A DNA stretch of 64,000 bases from Octopus sinensis (taxonomy: Eukaryota). The position numbers and the translations under genes are program-made. Positions within the stretch are counted from its first letter, which is position 1. Each line of letters opens with the position of its first letter. This document shows positions 1 to 14,564 of the stretch, in pieces. Location of the stretch: assembly GCF_006345805.1 (NCBI RefSeq), contig NC_043012.1:17360001-17424000 (forward strand). Direction: 5' to 3'. The notes under the pieces are model-generated. The model worked only from the letters and a program-made list of their open reading frames with translations. It did no database searches and was not told the origin of the DNA.

Positions 1-52
1 ATCAACTCCAGTACGCAACTGGTACTTAATTTATCGACCCCGAAAGGATGAA
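1..52 (-). mobile_element. SINE family A fragment
   Basis: Core ccagtacgcaactggtacttaatttatcgaccccgaaaggatgaa, shared with many copies in the window. Confidence 0.8.
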
Positions 53-90
53 CGGTCTCAAAGAAGAATCATGATGTGTACAAATTTTAC

Positions 91-181
91 TTTCGGGGTC
101 GATAAATTAAGTACCAGTTGCGTACTGGGGTTGATCTAATCGAAAGGCTCCCAACCCCAAAATTGTGCCTAGTGTAGAAAA
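91..181 (+). mobile_element. SINE family A 3' fragment, inverted relative to 1-52
   Basis: tttcggggtcgataaattaagtaccagttgcgtactgggg...gtgcctagtgtagaaa. Confidence 0.8.
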
Positions 182-977
182 CAATATGGTTAATCTCTAG
201 GCAGCTAAATGCCGTAATGCATTTCGACGAGAACAGGCTCAACAGAACGCAAACTAACTGCCGTAATACAAAAGGAAAACAATGTGGAAAGCAGGGAAGC
301 GGTAACTTTCCGTTCTTGCTATTGTCAGTTAAATTTGGGAAGCTATGTAAATATGTACCGATTTCATTGACTTTAGTACCTGGCTGGTACATTATTTATC
401 GACCCTGGGTGGCTAAAGGAAAAGCTGACCGAAGGACAGATGTAACTCAGATGTAACTCAAAAGGTGTATTTCGTTTGATTTGCTAAGGTTCCTGAAATC
501 ACCGTTCTTCAAATTTTGATTAATACTAAAAGTAAAAAGAGGCACTACGCCTATGCTATAAAACATCTCTTGATAGATAAACATGACCCCATTTAATATG
601 CTGCGATTGACCTTTCAATATTTCATTCATGCTTGACTCAATACGAAAGGAAAACAATATTGAAAGGAGGGAAGCGTTAACTTTTCGTTCTTGTACTTGT
701 CAGTTAAATTTGGGAAGATATGTAAAATTTGCACACATCATGATTCTTCTTTAAGGCCAGATATACTACAAAACTATGGATAATTCGACGTCTTTGCCAG
801 CGGAGGGCAGAGCGCAGTGTCGAGTACTTCGTGTTAATAAAAGGATTCCTCAAACAACAGGCTAGAAACATAATTGCTCTGGGATTCCAAGAGTCTCATT
901 CTAAAATCGGAAAATGTAATTATTTGTATTTTTGGCATTCGTTTCAAATGAATTTTTTTGCCTCTCGACCTGAAATA

Positions 978-990
978 ATACACACACAGA

Positions 991-1022
<32 letters not shown>

Positions 1023-1023
1023 T

Positions 1024-1112
<89 letters not shown>
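978..1112. repeat. (CA)n/(TA)n microsatellite
   Basis: Direct reading. Confidence 0.95.
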
Positions 1113-1113
<1 letters not shown>

Positions 1114-2200
1114 CTAACGAAAATTTCTTTATATATATATCATCAGCGTTTTCGGAGAGAATAATGTGTAAAGAGTATTGTCAGTTTTAATAATGAAGAA
1201 TAGAAAAAAAAATCAGATATCAGACATACACACACACACACGAGACATTGCTTTTCCCGTATAACAGAATAATCTCGCACAATAAAGTCAGTAGATTATT
1301 GGTATGCATTGATTCCCATTGGTAAACACCCGAACGAACGACAAACATCTAATGATAAAATAATAGTAAAATGTATATCATATATCCATGTGGTATTTCA
1401 TGTACAAATCATGAATAGTTATTTTTACTTTGTTTTCTCTATACTACATGAGAAATATCCTGTATTAAACCATTCAGTATCGAGTTGTCTGGGGGAACTT
1501 TATGAAGTATAGTAATCAGCTTGAAAGTACATTAAAAATGAGAATTTTATTGGCTGATGGCAGAAAAGCTAATGTTTTGTGCATCTGTGTCGTTAAATTG
1601 ATTTTCCTCACGATATTCTGGCTTCGAACATGAGGATCCCTTGGGAAAAGCAACAAAATAAACGAGCTGAGCGAAAAGTTTTTTTTTTGCTTTCTCAAAG
1701 CAAATATTGTTATTTATTTGTAGAATATTATGTTTATATGGGAATAAGTTCATAAATATAGGTTTATATATACAGCCCACATCAGAATATTTATCGAGGA
1801 AATGGTAAATTCATACATACCTATATACATACATACATATATACATACATATATATATACATATATATACATATATACATACGGATATACATACATACAT
1901 ATATATATAAAGCAGGCTTGCATAAAGATGCATTCATTTATGGTCAGATTCACATAGGTACATACACATACTAACATTGGCTTACACACATACACGCAGA
2001 CACATAATACAGTGTTCACAAATTCCCTGGGCACTTATATATAACCACATATACATTCATGCGTGTGTGTATATATTAAAATATATACACACATGTATAA
2101 GAATATATATAAATATATAGACACACTTATATAATTATATATAAATATATATGTATGTATATATGTACAAATATATATACATATATATGCCTGTACATGC

Positions 2201-2233
<33 letters not shown>

Positions 2234-2691
2234 AAATACACACAACATATACATGCACATATATCTGTATATGTGTGTGTGAATATACACATACATACAT
2301 ACACACATGCATGCATACATACATACATGTGTCTGTGACCGCAGCCGCATGGCTGAAATGCGTAAGAGAAAGTGCGTGCGTAAAAAAAAAACAACAACAC
2401 AACGACACACACATTTTCTCTCACGGATATAACCATATATTTCTATATATCTATGTGTTGCGATTTTCTCTCGCACGCAATAAAAAAAAAAAAAAAAAAA
2501 AAAAATGTCGACTTCACGAACAGAAGGTGAATAATCAAACAAACCATTCTAGCATACAGCTGATAATTATTGCAGGAATAATGGTAGGCGGAGAGCATTG
2601 TCGAAACGTTCATACTTATTTCTTAAAAATTGACAAACACAGATACAAACCATTCGCACATTCAATAGAGCGGTTCATTCTCGTAAAGTGG

Positions 2692-3605
<914 letters not shown>

Positions 3606-3792
3606 ATGGCCATCCCATAAATAATGCGAATTTTTTAATTGCATGAACTAAAAGTCGGAAGGGAACAGGATAAACTACCTGCATCAACCTGCTATAAAAG
3701 CAGGCAGCAATTTTACCTTGTCTTTATTCTTAGTGCTAGTTTTGAAGAGTGCAGTTCGATTTTAAGAGTTCTTTTTTCAAAATATAATCGAA

Positions 3793-4220
3793 ATGACAAA
3801 GAAGCATATTCGGCATATTTTGCTTTATAAGTTCAATAAAGGCAACAACGCAACGGAAAGTGTGAAGAATATTAATAAGTACATGGAGATCGGACAATAA
3901 GCGTAAGCCAGTGTTAACAGTGGTTCCAGAAATTCCGAGCCAGAAACTACAACCTAGAAGACGAGCTTCGTCCTGGAAGATCTGCAGATCATAATTATTG
4001 AGGAACTAGCAGAGAAACTAGATCAATGGGTTCCTCACAAACTTACCGAGTTCAAATCCGTGCGGAGAGTAAATATGAGCTCTTCTTTACTGCCACGTGT
4101 CACGAATGACCCTTTTTTAGTCCTAATAGTGACTTGTGACGAGAAATGTCAAGCACCGAAGACAGTGTGTAGGGGAAGGCGAAACACTCACAACCCAGGC
4201 TAAAGGTCTTCACCCACGTT
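3793..4220 (+). pseudogene. Mariner transposase relic (N-terminal HTH to first catalytic Asp region)
   Basis: Manual translation across frameshifts: HIRHILLY.FNKGNNATES...WFQKFRARNYNLEDELRPGRS, WVPHKLTE, IVTCDEK, GLHPR. Confidence 0.85.
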
Positions 4221-4249
4221 ATCTGTTTGGTGGGAAAGAAGATAGAAAA

Positions 4250-4395
4250 GCAACACTAGTACCACCAACACCACCACCACCACTAGCAACACCAACACCA
4301 CAAGCACCACTAGCACCACTAGCAGTACCACCAACACCACAAGCATCCCTAGCACCACCAGCACCACCTGCACCATCAACAACACCACAACCACA
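4250..4395. repeat. (CCA)-derived Pro-rich repeat related to the 117-bp array
   Basis: Shares ccactagca and ccacaagca motifs with 5783-7735. Confidence 0.8.
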
Positions 4396-4402
4396 TCGTT
4401 CG

Positions 4403-4754
4403 TGAGTTTGTATTGGTTTTTGCTTTAAGGATTTAGGGTTAGGGTTTTAGGGTTTCAGGGTTAAGGCTAGGGCTGTCATAAATAATAGTGACAAATGAAA
4501 AATAAACCGCCGGAAGTTCTTGTTGACAAACAATGGCAGTAATTTTATTCAGCTGAATACTCGTCATTGACTGGTTGAAATTACCGAAATAGGACTATTT
4601 TAACATGAAAATACTTCGTAAATATAAGTTTTTCTCAAAAATGCTAAGAGTAAAATATTTTTTATATGACACATTCTACCAGTGTCCGAAGTTTGAAAGC
4701 GTTTAGTTAGAAAAAATTATTTTTTAAATCTGTAGGTCAAAAAGTAAAGATCCC
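4403..4754. mobile_element. Interspersed element with degenerate TTAGGG run (possible Helentron-type non-autonomous element)
   Basis: ttagggttagggttttagggtttcagggttaagg at about 4432-4472; ends in gtaaagatccc; class is inference. Confidence 0.35.
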
Positions 4755-5009
4755 AAGACATACAAAGAAATTAAATTTCCCAGAGTACATACTAAATTTA
4801 CTTTGGTACTTATTGTTCCACGTTGGCATTGATTTCGGGGTAGGTTTTAGTTCTCTTGGGATGGGGAAGGGGGGCATTCCAGTTAAATTTCAAACTGAAA
4901 CAATAAAACCCCTTGACTTGCTTATGTAAGGAATGTAAATATTCCAACCTTAAGGGTTTTAGTGAGTTTTTTAGTCTGCTTTCATACCACGTGAGTAATT
5001 ACCGATATG

Positions 5010-5300
5010 TCTCGAAGTCAGTCGAGGGCGCAATTAGAATTGTTCTCCGGTTTATCACTAAGCAAAGCGGTGAGGTGTGAAAGTTGCGATATCTTATTTG
5101 AAGCAGGTGTTCCGGTTGTCGTTTTGGAAGGCCTCGAAATGTAATCTGTCTTCAAGAACCGGATTTTAAATTCAATAAAAGAGGCTATCATAAACTGTTT
5201 AAATGCTACCACAGAAATAATCAAACTTCAAATTTGGTCAATAGAGCTGGCTTTGTAAATACTGTAGTCGCTGGAAACGCAATTCTTCCAGTGTCACTAC
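5010..5300 (-). pseudogene. Possible Tc1/mariner transposase C-terminal relic
   Basis: Minus strand reads PNLKFDYFCG, resembling SPDLxPxDYFLWG; heavily degenerate. Confidence 0.3.
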
Positions 5301-5443
5301 AACTGGCTTCTGTCCGAAATTTACTGAAAAATTCTTTATTAAAGCGCTTTTAAAGAAATCCAGCTGGTTTTCATTTGACTATTTGATGCATCGTTACACA
5401 TATTACGAACAGCTTTTATTTTACAGTCTAAATTTTAGACGTG

Positions 5444-5535
5444 GCTTCTCAACCACATGGGTCCGGTTTCAGTCCCACTGCGTGGCATCTTCTGCAAGTC
5501 TTCTACTATAGCTTTGAGCCGAGCAAATCTTTGGA
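5444..5535 (+). mobile_element. SINE family B head fragment
   Basis: caaccacatgggtccggtttcagtcccactgcgtggca...tcttctactatagc matches the 46318 copy. Confidence 0.7.
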
Positions 5536-5782
5536 TTAAGTTTTCTTCATTCAGCATTCGTCTCACAACTTTTAAATCGTCTTTGGATTCTTTCTATTTC
5601 TCCCCCCCCCTTCCTCATTAATATCTGGTTTATTGCCAGTCGAAAGAATTAATGAATTCACCAATTCCAATCTCTCTATTTGGCAAATTTGCAAATATTG
5701 AATTCGACCCCACATTTTTTTACTTTTAAATAACAATCTGGTTATGGCTTTCCTGTTTTATTGGTTAATCTAGAAGAGAAGT

Positions 5783-7735
5783 TGCACCACCAGTACCACC
5801 ACAAACACCACCACAACCACTAGCACAACAACCACAACTAGCACCACCAACACCACTATCTCCACAAGCACCACTAGCACAACCAACACCACCAGAACAA
5901 CTAGCACCACTAGCACCACTAGCACCACTAGGAACACCAACACCACAACCACCACTAGCACCACCAACACCACTATCTCCACAAGCACCACTAGCACAAC
6001 CAACACCACCAGAACAACTAGCACCACTAGCACCACTAGCACCACTAGGAACACCAACACCACAACCACCACTAGCACCACCACCAACCACTATCTCCAC
6101 AAGCACCACTAGCACACCAACACCACCAGAACTACTAGCACCACTAGCAACACACTACCACCACTAGGAACACCAACACCACAACCACCACTAGCACCAC
6201 CAACACCACTATCTCCACAAGCACCACTAGCACAACCAACACCACCAGAACTACTAGCACCACTAGCACCACTAGCACCACTAGGAACACCAACACCACA
6301 ACCACCACTAGCACCACCAACACCACTATCTCCACAAGCACCACTAGCACAACCAACACCACCAGAACTACTAGCACCACTAGCACCACTAGCACCACTA
6401 GGAACACCAACACCACAACCACCACTAGCACCACCAACACCACTATCCTCCACAAGCACCACTAGCACAACCAACACCACCAGAACACTAGCACCACTAG
6501 CACCACTAGCACACCACTAGGAACACCAACACCAACCACCACTAGCACCACCACACCACTATCTCCACAAGCACCACTAGCACAACCAACACCACCAGAA
6601 CAACTAGCACCACTAGCACCACTAGCACCACTAGGAACACCAACCCACAACCACCACTAGCACCACCAACCCCACTATCTCCACAAGCACCACTAGCCCC
6701 ACAACACAAACACCACCAGAACAACTAGCACCACTAGCACCACTAGCACACCACTAGGAACACCAACAACACACAACCACCACTAGCACCACCAACACCA
6801 CTATATCCCCAAGCACCACTAGCACCACCACCACCACCAGAACAACTAGCACCACTAGCACCACTAGCACCACTAGGAACACCAACCCACAACCACCACT
6901 AGCACCACCCACACCACTATCTCCACAAGCACCACTAGCACAACCAACACCACCAGAACAACTAGCACCACTAGCACCACTAGCACCCACGAGGACACCA
7001 ACACCACAACCACCACTAGCATCACCAACACACCACTATCTCCACAAGCACCACTAGCACAACCAACACCACCAGAACAACTAGCACCACTAGCACCACT
7101 AGCACCACTAGCACCACTAGGAACACCAACACCACAACCACCACTAGCACCACCAACACCACTATCTCCACAAGCACCACTAGCACAACCAACACCACCA
7201 GAACAACTAGCACCACTAGCACCACTAGCACCACTAGGAACACCAACACCACAACCACCACTAGCACCACCAACACCACTATCTCCACAAGCACCACTAG
7301 CACAACCAACACCACCAGAACTACTAGCACCACTAGCACCACTAGCACCACTAGGAACACCAACACCACAACCACCACTAGCATCACCAACACCACTATC
7401 TCCACAAGCACCACTAGCACAACCAACACCACCAGAACCACTAGCACCACTAGCCCACTAGCACCACTAGCACCACTAGGAACACCAACACCACACCACA
7501 CTACACACCACCAACACCACTATCTCTCACACAGCACCACTAGCACAACCAACACCACCAGAACTACTAGCACCACTAGCAAGCACCACTAGCACCACTA
7601 GGAACACCAACACCACAACCACCACTAGCACCACCAACACCACCAATACTATTACCACGACCAACACCACAAGCACAACTAGCACCACCGATACCACAAC
7701 CACTACCAACACCACAAGCACCATCAACACCAAAA
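5783..7735. repeat. 117-bp tandem minisatellite, about 15 copies, built from CCA-like triplets
   Basis: Marker ctatctcc at 5856 and 5973 gives a 117-bp period; + frame reads PPTPLSPQAPLAQPTPPEQLAPLAPLAPLGTPTPQPPLA. Confidence 0.9.
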
Positions 7736-8322
7736 CCTCCCTCCCTCCTATTGCACCTCTCCTCTTCCTCCCCTCCACCTCCTCTCCTCTTCCTTACTCT
7801 TCTCCTTTTCTGCTGCTCCTGCTCCCTCTCTTCCTCATGTTCCTCACTCTCCACCATCTTCTTCTAATCATAATCGTTATTCTTGTGGCTGTCATCATCA
7901 TCATCATCGTCATCAGACGTGTTTTACACAATTAACTGTGTTCGATTCTTATCGGATCTAATCATTGTTATCAGATTTGATTAAAATCGAAACAGAATTA
8001 TTGTGTGTGGCTCGCATAATAATAAATATGACACTCCACTGCCTCAAGTATCGACTTCATTATCTTGCGTCTGTATATTTTGATTGACAAATACACAAGG
8101 ATATCTATCTATCTTTCTATCTATTTTCTCTCTCTCTCTCTCTCTCTCTCATTCTAGCTAGGTATCTATCTATGTACCTAACCATCCGTCTACCTATCTA
8201 TCTGCCTGTCTACCTGCCTGTCTATCTTGTTCTATATATGCATTCATATTTAGCTATAGTTATATATATGCACACATGCATATTCATAGAAATATATATG
8301 TCTGTCTGTAATTATATATATA

Positions 8323-8402
8323 GGCAAAATAGTGGTTATGTGGTAAGTAGCTTGCTTACCAACCACATGGTTCTGGGTTCAGTCGCACTGTGGCACCTTG
8401 GA
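8323..8402 (+). mobile_element. SINE family B head fragment
   Basis: gtggtaagtagcttgcttaccaaccacatggttctgggttcagtc. Confidence 0.75.
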
Positions 8403-8590
8403 ACAAAACGCAATACAAGGCATTAAAATTTTCCGACATGTAGACAACACAAAGGCGGACAAGTGAAACAGCTATTAGAAGGACAGGCAAAAAGGACGGG
8501 TCATTCTTGGATTTCTTTCTTCAGTGAAGTACCAGAAGTCACGACCATTTCGGACAGCTACACTCGAGATAGTTTGATCTGGTTGTCCCG

Positions 8591-8646
<56 letters not shown>

Positions 8647-8927
8647 AATTCAGATAATCAAATCAAGTAACGAATGAAAACGAACAACATGGGGACGTAG
8701 ATAAGAAACGTGTTAGTTTGAGATTTTGAGCATAATTCTTCGTGGGAAGGTAAAAATGCAACGTGTGTAGTTTACATTGCTGAAATGACCGGATATGGAA
8801 AGAGATACATATCAAGATAGATATATGAATTTAAAAATACATACATATACAAAGACAGCCCACCCGCATATGTATGTATATATATATATAATATATATAT
8901 ATTATATATATATATATGTATATATAT

Positions 8928-8961
<34 letters not shown>

Positions 8962-9095
8962 TTAATATATACATACATATATATATATACATAATATATT
9001 ACATATATACACTATATATATATATATAGTTAATCCAAACAAAAAGCACAAAAAACACAACAACGCGAGGACGTGGAACAAATATGGACGCTCAG

Positions 9096-9285
9096 GACAA
9101 ACAAGGACAGACAAACGTATTTGTCGATTATACTTATTTAATCGACCCCGAAAGGACGAAAGGGAAAGTCGACCTCGGCGAAATTTGAACCCAGAACGTA
9201 ACGAAATACGGCTACGTGTTTCGCCCGGCGTGCTAACTTTTCTGCCAGCTCGCCGTTCTATATACATAGAATAATGATAATGATC

Positions 9286-9340
<55 letters not shown>

Positions 9341-9682
9341 AATCTATATATCCTTTTCTACTCTAGGTACAAGGTCCAAAATTTGGTAGGAGGGGGCCAG
9401 TCAATGAGATCGACTCCAGTACGCAACTGGTACTTAATTTATCGACCTCGAAAGGATGAAAGGCAAAGTCAACCTTGGCAGAATTTGAAAAAATCTTTTC
9501 TACACTAGGCACAAGGCCCGAAATTTTTGAGAAGGGAGCCTGTCGTTTAGATCGACCCCAGTATGCAACTGTTACTTTATTTATCGACCCCGACAGGATG
9601 AAAGGTAAAGTCGACCTCGGCGGAATTTCAACCCAGAACGTAATGACAGACGAAATATCGCTATTTCTGCTAGCTCGTCGTC
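9096..9682 (-). mobile_element. Three SINE family A copies (about 9096-9256, 9352-9487, 9494-9682) with an (AAT)n tract between the first two
   Basis: Repeated core atcgaccccgaaaggatgaaaggcaaagtcgacctcggcggaatttgaa. Confidence 0.85.
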
Positions 9683-9859
9683 CTATGCACATATAATAAT
9701 AATATTAAAAGATATATCGAAATATAAAATATTTGAAATATAATAAATGTAATAAAATGCGATAAAATATGAATATGAGTTGATATGTTAATGTGAAAAA
9801 ATATACATAGATAAATACAGCCGCGAAGCTGTAAATGATGGATTAAACTAGTGACCAGT

Positions 9860-10280
9860 TCATCGGGAACGGGTGGTATCTTCTAGTTTTTGAAAAAAAA
9901 ATGTTTGCATATATTTGCAACTACTAACAAACTCGGATCCTGAGTTCAAGATCGAGTTTGTGATCTCCGATCTAAATAGAATATGAGCCTTTTCTGCCAA
10001 ACACAGCCTGCATTTATTAGAACCATTTATGTATGGTGTAGATTTTTCTATAACCTTCCCTTTAATTATATATGTTATATTCTTATGTTTCAGTTCCCAA
10101 AGATAACTGGCCACCTTCGTGGTATTGCTTTTCTGGCTGTAATGGAAGGTTGACAAATGGTTTGCATAACGTTTTTGAACGCTCCTTCACGTAACCCGAT
10201 ATTTGTCTTATCGGTTATGCTATTGTTGATAGGGGTTTCAATCACATCAGCAGCCCCGTATATAACTGATTGAATCAGAT
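9860..10280 (-). pseudogene. Penelope-like GIY-YIG endonuclease fragment, frameshifted
   Basis: VIYGAADV...NIGLREGAFK, then ASYLWELK...KSTPYINGSNKCRLCLAEKAHIL...ILNSGSEFVSSC, the typical PLE endonuclease pattern; abuts (TA)n. Confidence 0.85.
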
Positions 10281-10409
10281 CTATTCCTTGTATATATATA
10301 TATATTATATATAATATATATATATAATATATATATATATCATACATACATACATACATACATAATACATACATACATACATACATACATACATACATTC
10401 CATACATAC

Positions 10410-10450
<41 letters not shown>

Positions 10451-10776
10451 TGAGAGAGAGAGAGAGTGTGTGTTTGTACCACAACTGCTTTAACAAGAAA
10501 TACTGTGTTGATGATCTTATATTATAATTTTCAATTAATAGAAACTTCCAGTCCGTCGATAAATGAAAAAATAATTAGCGTTAGAGATAATTTTTTCTCA
10601 TAATATTGCGGAACACCCAAAAGTTACACTCAATTAGAGTTTATTCTTGTAAATATGCCAGCGAGAGTGGATTGTTATCTTTGACATTCAGAGTGAAAAT
10701 GTTAGATTTACTAATGTTTTCTTTGAGTCACTTTTTATTGAAACGTTGTCCACTCATGGCCACCAAGAAAGGAACA

Positions 10777-11430
10777 TGGCTAAAAGTGGCAGTATTTTTT
10801 GAGAAGAAGGTTTACTGAGCAGGAAATTAAAATAATGATCTTGGAAAAAATTTTCAAGTTCTATCTTCTGCATCAGGATGAGCCTAAAATAATATTTTAA
10901 TCATTGAAATTACAAGCCTAATGAGAAAAAAAGCCATTAGCGTCAACGAAAATATCTCATGCATGTTTTATGCGTATGTTACCACTTTCAAATGACAGCC
11001 TGCGTCCATCTAACATGCGAACCCATAGGGAGACAATGCACATTAACAAGAAAGGGAAATCCCTCGAGTACTTTAAAACTATCAGAGTGACGAGTTTCAA
11101 GTAAAGAAATATTGAATGAAATGTTTAGTAAAGACTAGCGAAGACTACAACGGTTTACTTGCATCCTATGAGGGTTGCGAGATAATTGTCAAAGCTTGCA
11201 AGCCACATATTAGCGGTGAGACTTAATTTTAGCTTGAAGCAGTGTGCGCGTGATATTAACAAGAATCATCTGTTTGGATAATTTAGCAGTATCAAGGCTG
11301 TTAGATGAAATGGTTGAGAATGAAGAACAAGTAACTGGGGAATATGTGAAGCACTTTGTCCTGCAAATCGATGAATATCTTTGTGGGAATAATGAAGCCT
11401 TTCGGTTAACTAATATTACGCGTTTGAATG
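10777..11430 (+). pseudogene. hAT (Buster/Charlie-type) transposase relic
   Basis: LSNDSLRPSNMRTHRETMH..KSLEYFK; LLASYEGCEIIVKACKPHISGET; AVSRLLDEM..FVLQIDE..NEA, matching ZBED5/SCAND3-type motifs. Confidence 0.75.
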
Positions 11431-11619
11431 TTAACGCTGGTCAACAAAAACATAGGAAATGATTTTGGGTGACCCATAAAACTTATTGATCTTGATTTCC
11501 AAACTGCTTTCGGTATAGTTCTAAAGGTTAGTCCAATTATTTTATAATTATATTTGAAATAATTTATATTTCTCTGAATAGTTACTCAGTATAATCTGTA
11601 TGTTTCATGATTATCGAAA

Positions 11620-13170
11620 TCATCTATTCCAGCTTTGTTTGTGGTTCTTTTACGCGTAGAAGACAATGACGGACTGTCACAACTGTACCAGGTATGATCT
11701 CATTGTAATATACGTAACACACACAAGTAGTGCGCTTTATGTATAATCTGCTATGCTTGTTCACATGGATCACTGCGTTGGTTGAACGGACGAAGAAAAT
11801 AAAAACCATTTCCTCACTCATGGTAATCAGATAACAAAGACATGATCATATTGCTATTTTTGTTGTTAAATTATGTTCTCTTAAAACCTAACCTAATATT
11901 GCTTATTCAAATATGTATTTAGCACGTAGATCAGCCCAACAAGAAGAAGCAATACCGTTTCCTTTTCCTTCTATCCCAAAATAATAGATTAGCTTTCACC
12001 AGGAAAAAAAACGGACTGCTCAAAGCACAGTTAGTGGACCTTATACTGTCCCTGAAAATTCGAAGTTTATGTAACTCTTCTCATACCTTACTTTAGGTTT
12101 ATGGTCGACGACGAATATCCATCTTAAATGATTCTGCGTGTTTCAGAATGCTTTACTGATACCGATTTCAAAAACTGCTCTCAGTGTTTTACATAAAAGC
12201 GTCTGGATGATATTGTATGCGATTTATCGCTCACTAATGAGAAGGCAGAACTTCTTGCCTCAGTACTGAACGAAGGTAATTAACTTGACGAAAATATACA
12301 AGTGGCTGTTGAACCTCAGATTTTAATTTGTCAACACTCTCTACAATAGATGGTTCACCCTTCTGTTGCAAAATACATCACAAGCTTGACTCAATACTTA
12401 TGAAGCATCTGGTTAGTATCTCTATGGATTTTGCACCGATCAGCTTAATAGCAATTGTACTGCATGACGGGAATGTGAAACGCTTCAATCTCATTGTCTA
12501 CTTTTTCTATGGAAATGACACACACAATAGCATAACTATAGTGCTTGGTACCATTCACTATTGAATTCATCAATGGAGTTTTTTTGAGATCACGAAAGTT
12601 GTCAGTATACAAACGCGCATTGTAAAATAGTCTTGTTTAGTAAATTCAAAGTAGTACTATAATTTGCGATACTGAGGATAACTTTCACAGTAACAAACGG
12701 TGTTCAGTCTGTCCAATTAGCTGAGCCTACGTAGTATTTCTAATACTTCTCCATATCACACGTGGTTTAGTGAAAAGTTTTGTGAAGGAGATGCATAAAT
12801 TTAATTAAAAACTGTGGATTTGTTCTTGAAAAGGCTCCCAAAAATGAGCACCCCTCTCCCAATGGCAGGTTATTAATTGGTTACGGGTAAACGTGGGGCA
12901 TAAGTCCTGAAAATAGAAGTGGAGTCCTCAAACTTGTTTATGTAAAGAAATAGGCTGTCGTTACGATAGACTTCGATATTCCCATTCGGATTTCTTCTTC
13001 GGAAATGTTGCTGCCGTAAACGGTGAGTAAAGAGAACAATTCTGCCAAGATTTTTACGGAAGGAATGTAATTTGTCAGCGATTTAGAAACTATGGTATGA
13101 TGATTATCTCTTGTTGGATCTTTATGTCGCCACGACCCAGGCTAAGTTAAAAAGTGGCAATGTTATTCAC
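11620..13170 (+). pseudogene. Degenerate DDE-type DNA transposase (possibly TcMar-m44-like)
   Basis: Ordered motifs FVCG, CYFC, DLSLTNEKAELLAS, SLIAIVLHDGN, LHITRGLVKSFVK, YSHSDFFFGNVAAVNGE, CW; family name uncertain. Confidence 0.7.
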
Positions 13171-13480
13171 GGCGCTTAAAAGCTTATAAAACGAATATTC
13201 GAATATTTTTTCCCTTACGTATGTATATTGTTAAATGTACGATATAAAAATGAAGTTATGATTATCATATGTATAAATTATTCAAGTATTTGTCTAGTGC
13301 TTCGGTTCAAGTAGTGAACATTTTGTAGTATTTATTTACTTTCCTTCCAAAATGTTATTCAATACACCATAAGTATTCATAAAATTGCGAAAATGGAAAC
13401 TGACGTATTCGAAAGAATATACAAAACCTAAACATCCCGGTATAAAACAGAAAGCAAAGCTTGGAATCAGCATTTCGAAT

Positions 13481-14141
13481 GCATAGGCAAAGCCATGTGT
13501 ACACTTAAGTACCCCAAATATATCCAAATAGAAATTTTGTAGCACACTTCGAAACACGTGCGATCAGACTGAAAATTCTCATAGAGTAAGAGAGAGTCCG
13601 GAAGTGAATGGTATTAAATTTACATCTAATATAAGATAAAATTTAAAAATAATTTTATCAGTGGCCAGCATATTAAAAAATACCTTTTGCGGTGAAAAAT
13701 ATAAACAACTTATAAACAAGGGCGAAAGAAAAATTCCTATGCAAAATATGCCGAGAAATAGACTTCAAATCGTCAATAACCACATATAATTGTCCACTTA
13801 AAGAAGTTTCCAGTCTGATCGTACGTGTCTCGAGGTGTGCTGCAAAATTTCTATTTGGATATATTTGGGGTACTTAAGTGTACGCATAACTTTGCGTATG
13901 CTTGTTCCATGTGTGCAACTAAGTATTTCATTTGTTTTCCTAACGAGAAAATTCTTTATGAATATTATTACCGAATCGGACCGATTCGGTAATAACGGAG
14001 CTTTTAGATATTTCTGCCAGCTTGCTTCCAGACGCGTGCTTTTAGCGATGAATTATGTTGTTATTGACGATTTAAAGTATATTTCTCGGAATATTTGGCA
14101 TTGGAATGTTTCTTTTACCCTTATTTATAAATTTTTTATAT
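13481..14141. repeat. Two interleaved inverted-repeat pairs of about 100 bp (A-B-A'-B')
   Basis: 13481-13579 is the reverse complement of 13802-13901; 13700-13800 is the reverse complement of 14040-14141. Confidence 0.85.
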
Positions 14142-14157
14142 AGATATATATATAAAG

Positions 14158-14215
14158 AAATGGCGGTGCCCCAGCATGGCCACAGCTCATAAGCTGAAAC
14201 TAGAATCAATCAATA
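14158..14215 (+). mobile_element. SINE family B tail fragment
   Basis: ggcggtgccccagcatggccacagc..ctgaaacta. Confidence 0.65.
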
Positions 14216-14564
14216 TGTGTGCGTGTGCGTGTGTGTGTTTGCATCTGTTTGTGTGTATGTCTCTGTGTGTGATAGTGTATGTGTGTGTATTATTGTACAG
14301 AGGTTTACTAAAGATTTATTAAACTAAAACGAAAATATGCGGGGAAGATAACCTGCCGAATGATAACTGAAAAGCAAACTGAGCATAATAGTTTTAATAC
14401 AGTGAAACAAGAAGTATTCAGTAAGTGAAATAATGACCTTAAGAAAACAATAGAAATCATTATCTGAAATACTAGTTCTGCTCCGACAGAAGAGAGTTTA
14501 TCTAAATGAGTATTATACCATGGTCTTCAACTAACGATTCTGTGTTAACATTCTTCCGTACGGG

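Noticed and set aside
4432-4472. Telomere or chromosome fusion site
   Set aside because: Only a few degenerate TTAGGG units in one orientation, inside an interspersed element.
9843-9868. Hammerhead downstream of the minus-strand GIY-YIG (CCGATGA-ACTGG-TCA-CTAGT)
   Set aside because: The position is suggestive but the GAAA box is missing.
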